DNA of 64,000 nucleotides. Origin: Podarcis erhardii (Eukaryota). The notes below the pieces were generated by a model, which was given only the letters and a program-made list of their open reading frames with translations, had not been told where the DNA came from and searched no databases. The position numbers were made by a program, and so were the translations under genes. The stretch lies in the NCBI GenBank assembly GCA_964252035.1, contig OZ176201.1, one strand, 5' to 3'. Of this stretch, positions 25,401 to 35,700 are shown piece after piece (position 1 is the stretch's first letter; every line of letters begins with the position of its first letter).

Positions 25401-28400
25401 CCTACCCTGAACGATTATCACAGGGAAACTAGAAATTAACATTTCTAGGGATTGGAAAAACTGAGAAAGCAAGCATTACCCTGCAGTGAGATTTACTTTG
25501 TCTCTAAAAGACAGAATTTATAAGAATGCATACAGTTAATTATAGATAGTATAACAGCATTCCATAAGCAAGGCATCTGGATTTCAGAATTTTGACTTAT
25601 TAATAATATATCATTTATTTTAATATATTTAACAGAATTTTACAGCTCAACCCTATGTATGATTACTTAGCCCTGCTTCAAGTGTGGAGAAACCTTTTGG
25701 CTCCACAGGCCAGATCCAACTCACGGGCCAAATTTAACAAGTGAGTGAGGATGCCTACCTGTCAACCCACATTCTGTCACAAACGATATCAAGGTTTTTT
25801 GCCCTTTGAAATCCCAAAGTCAGGACTTCAAAGTTTGCAGCAGGCAGGAAGGCACTGCTAACATCTGTTTCACTACAAGGAGTTTACAGTGAAACAGCTG
25901 CTGAAATTAAGAAAAAGCTTGCTTTTAGCAGTGCTTTGCTACCTGCTGAGTGCTCTGAAAGTGCAGTCAAACTGAGCAGATTTGAGTGTGTGAGGGAGTT
26001 TCCTGTAGGATCACCCTTTCTTTGCCAATGTACCAGGAGGGCAATCCTGCTTAGTGCTGGGTACCAGTTTTGTGCAGCATTTCAAAGGCCCCCCACCCTT
26101 ATCTGAATGACCCTCAGATGTAGGACAAGTGAGCATGGCTTGCCCAAAATGGCTTTGCAGTCCAAATAGGGAAAGTTGGCAGGCCAAAACTGGGCCCCTG
26201 GGCTGGAGGTTCCTCACTCCTGTCCTACTGGGTTCAATGAGGCTTAAAAGGTAAAGGTAAAGGGACCCCTGACTGTTTGGTCCAGTCGCGGATGATTCTG
26301 GGGTTGCGGCGCTCATCCAGCTTTACTGGCTGAGGGAGCCGGCATACAGCTTCCGGGTCATGTGACCAGCATGACTAAGCCGCTTCTGGTGAACCAGAGC
26401 AGCGCACGGAAATGCCGTTTACCTTCCCGCCAGAGCGGTGCCTATTTATCTACTTGCACTTTCATGTGCTTTCAAACTGCTAGGTTGGCAGGAGCAGGGA
26501 CCAAGCAACAGGAGCTTACCCCGTCACAGGGATTCGAACCGCCGACCTTCTGACTGGCAAGCCCAAGGCTCAGTGGTTTAACCCACAGCGCAACCCGCGT
26601 CCCAATGAGGCTTACTCCCTAGTATAAGTGTATTATGGACTGCAGAATTAGATTAAAACTGTTTGTAAATTTATGGCTGAAATCTGTGACCCAGGATCAC
26701 GCTCAATTTTAAACATTACTAGTCTAAAAGCGTCAGTAGCTTGTAATGATCCAGTGGAATGAATTGTCAGTTGTACCAGCTGACATGCTATAGGGCAACT
26801 ATAATAGTTAACAGCCAGAAATCCTGTTCATAGAGTAACGGTCTACTAGCTTGGCTGTCACAAGGCATTTTCCCTTTGACTACATTTTCCATGCATGTTA
26901 GCATTTTTAAATCATAAATCCAAACACATGATACAACAGTTGTATGACATCCACAGGACTTGAGGCTATATAATGTACGAATTATCAAGCTGCCAATTAA
27001 ATATTGCTTCCTAATCCAAACTCCTTTGGGAACAGCACTCTCGTTAACAATTTCTTAAAACACATGCAAATGCTTTTTTTTAAAAAAAAAAAAAACAGGA
27101 GTAAAGGTTAGTGCTCATCCCTTGTTAAGTACTTGCACGCTAGGAATTAAAATAATTAGATTTAAGTCACGACTCAAAAACATGTATTAGTAAATATTTA
27201 CACATGGCTGTTAATCAGTAAACCTTACATGCTTGCATAAAAGGCTTTCATTCCTTAAATCTTATAAATGTTATACTTAACCATCTCTCTAAAGAACTGC
27301 TGCTCTGAGGGTAAAGTTTTTAAATAAACCTATTGGTGAACATGTAGAAGAAGAAAAATTAAACAGGGAATGAAAACAAACATTTAAAAAAATTACAGCA
27401 ACCAATTAAAAACATTTTACCACAACAATTCTCAATTCCAACAAAGAATCTTGACACACCTTAAATGCCAGCTAATTTATTACAGCATATGTGCTGTTTT
27501 GCTGCAGACGACTAACACAGCTACCCCTCTGGGGTATAGATACAGATATAATATAGGTACAGATATAAATATATAGATATAGAAATATAGATATGTAGAT
27601 ATATTTGTGGTAGGGGACTTCAATAATTATTAGCATTTTTAAAATATTTTAAAGCAGGTTTAAAATTATATTAATAAAATATAAAAACTGAAAATTGAGC
27701 TACCTATCCACTGGAGGGGGAGATGTTAAATGTGCTTAGGATTGCAACCTTGGTTACCAGGAAGCAAGTCCGATTAAATTTGGCAAGATGGACAACACAG
27801 TTCTTGCCACGTCTACTCAAAAGTAAGTCTTACTGAATTCAACAGGGCTTACTTACAGGTATGTGGGAGTATGACAGCAGCTTTAGGATTAGATTGCAAA
27901 ATACCGATATTGCATATACACTAAGCAATAGTGTTCTGCAAGTACCACTAATTTTCATAAGACTTCTGCAAAAGACTTCAAGCAGATTTCAAAATGAACT
28001 AAGGTGTTGCAGAAGACGTAGTAGAACACATCCTCTACCTTTCAGCTTCCATCAGTAACTGGAATTCAGTTTACAAGCCGAGCTACGCTCCAATATCTGA
28101 AATTCAACACATTCCATGTAAAAAAAAAATTCCTGTTGAAACTAGAGATTTTCAGCTATTGGCCAATGTGCGAAATAACTTGTTCCCTATACATTTGCAA
28201 ACAGCATTCCCAACACAGACAACACGTTTTGGAAAAGGAATGCAAACACAGTGGATTCTATGGAAATACATTCATACGTAACTTCCTTCTTGCAATTTCT
28301 TAAAAAATAAAATATTCCTCCGAAACTACAATAACCATTTGTTCTTTCCCCCTTTGGAAAAAAAAATCAAACCTCTCTTCTTTCAATCGTCAAATTCTAT

Positions 28401-31400
28401 TAGTTCTGGTCAAACTGCTTGGATTAACACAAAACAAACAGAGCTGCAATACAAAAGATGCCTACTCAGCATGGACAGTTGATTAAGCAAAAACGCACCA
28501 AGTGCCAGCGGGTGGGGTGGAATTATGCAAAGGCAAATATGACCAAAAGGAGTAGAAAGGCGTAACAACGTGAAAGCATAAAACAACCAATTTCGGCTTT
28601 TACCAAGAAGAGACATTTGGAAACATGCACCACAATCTTGATGGAGGTTGTGAACCCATGTTAAGAAAGTCACTTATTCCAGATGTTGGCAAAGGAGGCA
28701 GTAGTCAAGAGACTACCTTGACTTGCTGCACTGAAAAGGACCTGCAAAAACCAAAGTGATTGCTCAGGTTGAGCATGCAGGGCCAGCTGGGTAGGACAGC
28801 CAGCAGCCTACAGCCACCAATCACCAGGTCTGTGAACTCAGGGCTTGTGCTAAAGGCAGGGCTGCTTCAGGAAGTTGCTATCACTATGCAACATGGCACA
28901 GATGCCATCTAGCTCTATTTCTCCTTGTCATCTGAATCCTTGACCAGTGCCCAGATGCATGGGAGGTATCTAATGAAACCAGTGTGGCAACATAAGAAAC
29001 TTACAGATGAGCTGAGATGTAAGAAGGGAATGAATAAGAAATGGAAGAAATGGGAAATCCCAAAGGAAGAGTATACATGAGTTACCAGCAGTTGAAGGAA
29101 AAGGTCAGTTGGGCCAAATCTTAGACTTGCAAGAGAGGTTAAAAATAATAAAAAGGTCAGGAGTCAACAGCAAAAAAAGCTAATGCTATTCTAGGCTGCG
29201 TCAGCAGAAGTACAGTGTTCCAATCAAGGAAAGTAATAAAAAGGTAAAGGTAAAGGTACCCCTGCCCTTAAAGGAAAGTAATAGTCATACTCTATTCTAT
29301 TTTGGTCAGACCACACCTGGACTCTTGTGTCCAGTTCTGGGCACCACACTTTAAGAAGGATGTTGACAAGCTGGAACATGTGCAGAGGAAGGCAACCAAG
29401 ATGATCAAGGGTTTGGAAACCAAGTCTTATGAGGAACAGATTAAGGAGCTGGGTATGTTTAACCTGGAGAAGAGGAGACTGAGAGGAGATATGATAGCCA
29501 TCTTCAAATATCTAAAGAGCTGTCACACGGAAGATGGAGCAAGCTTGTTTTCTCCTGCTCTGAAGGATAGGATTTGAACCAATGAATTGAAGTTACAAAA
29601 AACAAAGAAAGAGAGACTCAGGAAGAACTTTGACAGTAAGAGCTGTTTGACAGTGGAATGGTTTCCCTTGGGAGGTTGTGGGCTCTCCTTCGTTGGAGGT
29701 TTTTAAGCAAAGGTTGGGTGGCCATCTGTCATGTATATATAGTTGGGATTCCTGCATTGCAGGGGGTTGGACTAGAAGACCCTTGGGATCACTTCCAACT
29801 CTATAATTCTATGAGGACCAGTAAGTAGATACTGAATCCAGACAAGAGGGAGGTCCTGTAGATTAGTAGATTGCTTTCTCTGGAATTAGGTAGACAGCCT
29901 GTTCTGGGTGCAGTCACAGTCCCCTTGAAAAGGCAGTTACATAGTCTGAGCATGCACTCATTCATCATTGCCACTCAAGGAAGATAAGTGTCTTCATGGA
30001 CAAAGGCTGCCTCCTTCTTCTAGCTCTGGATTGTTTGTCACCATCACCATCACCTACTTCTACCTCCCACAACTGGCATGTTACCCGCCCCCTGGTGGTC
30101 ATGAGACCCTTTTAAGACTACTAGATGGCTCAGTCTGGACACAATAGGGAAAGAGGACTAAAAGACTACCCAAGCGTCCTCAGGCACTTTTCTGTTAGTG
30201 CAAACAAAGAAGTGGGTAGGGCATATCAACTGGAGACTTGCAGAGCCCCATAACATGATTCATCATAGGCCTGTTCATGCATTTACTTCTGGCCATTTTC
30301 TGCTCCCAAGGAGTGGCAAGAACAGATATCCATCTATTCATTCTACATCTATTCATTCTAGTATCAGGCCCCAGGGATAACAAAGGAGGAATTAGATCTT
30401 GCCGAACTCAGTACTGAGTCTCTGCTCCCTGCTATTTACTAAAGAGACTGTTCAAATAAATATTGATCCTGTATTTGAATGTACTGTACAATCGCATTGT
30501 TCCCATCTCGTAATTTCCCAGTCACTAGGCTTTGCATCCCCACAGTCTCCTTCAGACAGAACTCCAACTGACCTCAAAAAATAAAACAGGAACCACCTTG
30601 ATGTTGTAAAATGGTAAATATAGCTATTGCAACACCACACCGAGAATAAGAAAGACAACTTCCTTCTAAGGGTTCTGCTTTATGGTTAGGTACTTTCTTC
30701 CCCTGCCCCCAGAACCTGCTTCGTTTTTTCCCCACTCATTCCATATCCTTCCTCAGAAATAGTTTTGCCTTAACAAATTACTTTATTACAAGAGATGTAG
30801 CAATTTGTGACAGAGTCACATTTTAATGCGCATAAAAATTAGCATAGGCTTTGAAAGTACAGAAGAGCTGTGACCAAGGCTGAGGAATGCTATTTGCCCT
30901 CAACTAGAGGCACACTCAAAGTCTGGTGAATCCAAACTGCCTCTCTATCCATTTACAAGCTCTTCAGTTGATTGCTAAAGAATGCATTATACATACACAC
31001 ACACATATTCATATTCCTATTTGGGAAGTCTAAAGCTGAATTAAAAAGAAACAGAAATTGCAGCATGAGGCTGCATTGCCTGCTCTGGAGAGCCATGGCA
31101 TTGACAGAATCAATTTGCTGATCTGGATCCAGATTTGTTGCTTGAAGCTCAGCTGGAAATGGTGGCTAGTTATAAATGGTTTTTGCGTGCCCAGGCAAAG
31201 TCCCCACCCTACCCCTCTGGGAACCAGACCTCAGGATCAAGCAGGAGACACAACAACATCTTTAGGGATTAAAATGGCCACAACTTTATTGAATTTCACA
31301 TGTAGGAAACCTTGTCATAGGCACTGGGCGTGTATCCCTCTCAGCCCCCCTGCAAGTCACGGCAAGTCACAGTCGAACGGGAATATGGGGCCACTGCAAA

Positions 31401-32652
31401 ATGTGTGTTTACACAACTGGCTCTCTCCCATGTCGCTGGGGGGAGTTCTATGGCCCACTTGTTGTGCCCTTGTGGACAGAGATTCCCCTCAAGACCCCTC
31501 TAATGGGGTACCCTGGTGTCACTGCCGCAGAAGGGGTAAGTCACCCCTTTACCCCTCTTTCAGCTGTTAAGACTAAAGGATTCTGCCCAATGCCTAAAAT
31601 CGCCAAAGTTGTGACAATTGCTATGGGGTAGGCAAAACCTGTAGAGCAGGGGAAATTCTTTCCCAGCTGTGAGAAAACAGCAGCCATTGTACAACCATAT
31701 CAACGCCAGAGAACCTAGAAAGGAGAAAGGTTAGCCTGTAAGAAAAAACAAAATTAGAGGTCAGCTCTGGCCCCTTTTTATGCTTCTGGAGCGGACCAGA
31801 CTGAAGCCTGCTCCAACTCAGTCTGCTGCTCTTGCCCCACCCCCAGGCCGCCACGAATAGGCCGGAATTTGAATCTGGGTTTGGTGGGAACCCATCAGGC
31901 ACTGCAGCAGCCAGGAGGGTGGAGCAACCACCCGTGGAACAGCATGGCTTCAGGAGGATGGTGAAGCTGCGCACCGAGTTGCTAACACCACCCACAACCA
32001 ATATAAAGTCATTTTGAGCTCCATCTGGGAGAATAAGGTTTTTGCGACCTTCTACATGACTTGGTGAACTTTAGGATCAAGCAGAACACGCTCCTTTCAA
32101 GGCAAATCAGCACAATGATTAGAACTAATAACAGTTTTAACATACACATGCATTTAAATTATTGCTGTTGTTACTTCTCTTACAAAGGGACTCGTTATAA
32201 GGCTGTTCACTGTTTGTTCCGAACTCCTCTAACACTGTGAGCTGCCCTGAACACAGCTACAGAGGAAGCATCTAGTAAGAGTTAGGCTATGAAGAAGAAC
32301 TATCCTGCGAGCAGAATAGAGCACCCATGAAGATGCTACAACTGAAGTCACATGTGCACTTTCATTTTCTCCAGCTTTTCTGCCTCCATGGTGCACCAAG
32401 GCATCAGCCATACCTATGGTGTGTCAGTTCAGACAATCATGGAATTACAGCTTGTACAGTACAAGCAAAGTCACTTCATATCATGTTCCTGGTTGTAATT
32501 TTCAGTTCCATTACAAATCATGGTTTCTCAGGTCTGATGTAACATTGAACCAACATTAAGGTTGAACTATGGTGCGATGGTTTGAATTAATTCAAAATGG
32601 GTCCATCACTTTTCTTTTGTTGCAACTTTGTTGCCCAACACAAGGTGGAAGG

Positions 32653-32704
<52 letters not shown>

Positions 32705-35700
32705 GTATATGTATATGTATAATGATTCCTAGTCCTTCAGATGGACCTCAGAACAGAATGTGTGGTTGTCAGAATTTAGCATTCCATTTAAATGAGATTC
32801 AGTGCCTCCAACGATGGCATTTTCATGCACCTTACAAAATTCAGTGAGATCACTACAGACAAAAGGAATTTAAAATGTGGGCAGATGTTTCAACCTTACA
32901 GAAAACTTTTGCTTCTAAAAATTAAATTTTAAAATGTGACAATGTGAACCTTAAATAATATAGCACACACAAGCAACAGAGAGAGAAAAATTAAATCCTC
33001 AGCTGAAACAAAGTAAATATATTGTAAAGAGATTTTAGAAAATCAGTGTTTGTCAATGAAACATTAAATAAACCTGTTTGATGTGGGGAAATAGTTTGAT
33101 TTTCACATCAAATGACAATGGATTTTTCCCATCACAGAGTACAAGCAAAACTAGACTAACTCTGGAATCTGCAGACAGAGCCTAAAATAACCTCTATTCT
33201 AAAGCCTGAATAAACTGCCCATATGAGACTTCAGGCATTTGAAAAATAATCCCACTTTGGCGAACTTGAAATTTTGCCGATAATTAGTTACGACTGTTGG
33301 GTACAAAAGAAATAACTTGGCCGAAAGCATAAATTGTTTTTCTTCCAACTGTGTGTCAAGAGAGCATTCCTGAGTTCCCTTTCTGTCATATCATACGCAT
33401 GAAGAACCTTATATCCCAATTCATCTGTGTCAAAAATACACTGTCAATATTATACTCTCATGCTTTCTGGACGCTCTGATTTTAGCTGCTCACTTTAGCT
33501 GCACATGATTAAAGCAGACAGCATTATGGTAGAAGGGCTGATTCTGCACACTATCCACACTGAGCCAAACATTTGGACACACACACACACTACATGCATA
33601 AACAAACTGTATGAGTATAATCAGAAAAGCCCCTATACAGTATTTAAGAGCAATTAACTCTGTTCTCTTTCTAAAAAATAAGCTTTTGAACCAATCTATA
33701 TGATTTTAAAAGGGTTGTTATGCAATGAGCCCTTTATCAAAACATAGAAAGCACAAAAATATTTCATCAACACAAACATCCAGTGTTCAATGTTTTATCA
33801 TTCTTATTCATTTTTCACAGCCACAGGTGAGGTAATAATTTTCACACCCAAGTGTATTTGCAGATAACTGCTGCATATATAGTTCTGATCTGTATCTTCC
33901 AGGGACAATTATTACATCCAGAACAATCCTAACATTGGTCTATTCAAAAGTTGCCCCATTGAATTTAATGGGACTTACTCCCAGATAAATGTGTATAGGG
34001 CTGCAGGCACCAGCTGAAAATGGGTTTGTTCAGCTCCTTGGAGCTTACACAAATCCCAAATTCAATCCAGCTACAGATGCAGCAAATAAGCTATCTAATT
34101 CTATTTGCACCTTCACTATATCTGCAACCTTCTAAAGTGATTTGTAATGGCTACATCTTCTATCCAAAGAAAATCCTCCATTAAATTGTATGGCTGTTGA
34201 AAGCTTTAGGTTGCCAAACCAGGTTTGCTTATTACATGAGTTGTGAAACATAACTGACACCTAAAAATTGCTTTAAACCTGCATTTCGAAACCTAATGGA
34301 AGCTCTGAACCCATTTTGCAACTCAAAATTCAAGGTTTCCCAGTAAGAACAAAGATCTTCAGCTCTATGTTTTATTTATCATTATTGCTTTTTAAGAAAG
34401 GGGGGGGGGACAAGTGGTATGCAAATAGGTATAATGTTTAAGATATCGCTAGCCCATTTGGGCAAAGCTGTGAAATCAATTATTGCTCCAAGAGAAACAC
34501 CCTACTGAACTCAAATACAGTGTTTAGGTAACAGTGTACGCACATTGTGGCTTGATGACCAATGGATAACTCAATGGATTTCAACAGTCAGATCTCTGCA
34601 GAAATCCCCTGAACTGCACACACACACGCAACAGTAAGAGGCAAGATTTGGACCAGATTTCATCCAGAGGCACAGAAGTCCACACAAACAGGGGGTAGTG
34701 TCAAGGCTGTTCGACACATTAGTAGCCTTGTTCTAGAATCATTTGTAGCAGGACCAGGGAAGGAAAGCACAACTATCTTCTTGGGCTACACAGTACTAAA
34801 GAGACACTTAAGTAGGGGCTACCTTTTGCTAGCTAGGATTATTAAGAGTGAAGGGACAAGACGAGAACTTATCCATCTTATGGGGTGAAATGCCAATAAT
34901 GGTATGATCTGCTTAAGGAGATAGCAAGTGCATTTTCCTACCTTCAGGCAGTTGGATAATGCTTTGATATGTTGTGGGTGGGAGCAAAAAATAGATGTTA
35001 AGAGAGTTGACCCCACCTTGCTCAGAAAATGGTAAGGGTCTGTTCTTAGGAGGATAGCCAGTACCCAAGTAAGATCTACCCTGGGATAAAGGTGGCATGG
35101 GACATTTACAGAAGGCACCAATAGAGCAACTTTCTGCCCCCACCCCACACTGTGGGTGGGAAACGTGGGGCAAGATCAAAGGCGGGCGGGCAGTGCTGAA
35201 TATGGCAGGCAGACTGCCGCCATCCCTCCGTGAGTTCATTTCAGCCAACGCTCAGCTCTGGAGAAACAGGTCTGCACTCCGGAAGCGGCGTGTATTACAG
35301 GGGAAAGGCATGCAAACGGCGCTCGAAACAAAACAAATTCCTTCCAGTAGCACCTTAAAGACCAACTAAGTCAGTAGTTGGTCTTTAAGGTGCTACTGGA
35401 AGGAATTTGTTTTGTTTTGACTATGGCAGACCAACACGGCTACCTATCTGTAACTGAAACGGTGCTCGGTTCAACCTTAGCATCTCCACTGTAGGGCTGG
35501 GAGAACCTCTCTGCCTGGAAACCCCGAGTGCGACTGCCAGTCCGAGTCGCGCACCACTAAGCTAGGACCAAAGGTCTGAGGGTGTGAGGCAGTTTTCCTT
35601 CGTCGTGCTAGGCTGCCTTGATCCCTCATCTGCGAGATCCGGGGCCTTCCAAGAGAGAAGGCGTGACTGGCCGGCAGGCGTGTGAGCCCCGGCACTTCTG

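Noticed and set aside
26530-26603. tRNA gene
   Set aside because: The A/B boxes belong to the SINE head; no cloverleaf or acceptor stem, and it continues into the SINE body. The same applies to 8520-8581 and 58860-58950.
29302-29577. 91-aa ORF as a host gene
   Set aside because: It is the C-terminus of a truncated CR1 ORF2, not a cellular gene.
31058-32017. ORFs of 126-170 aa in the LTR-like element
   Set aside because: No gag/pol/env or other recognisable motifs; overlapping chance ORFs in GC-richer sequence.
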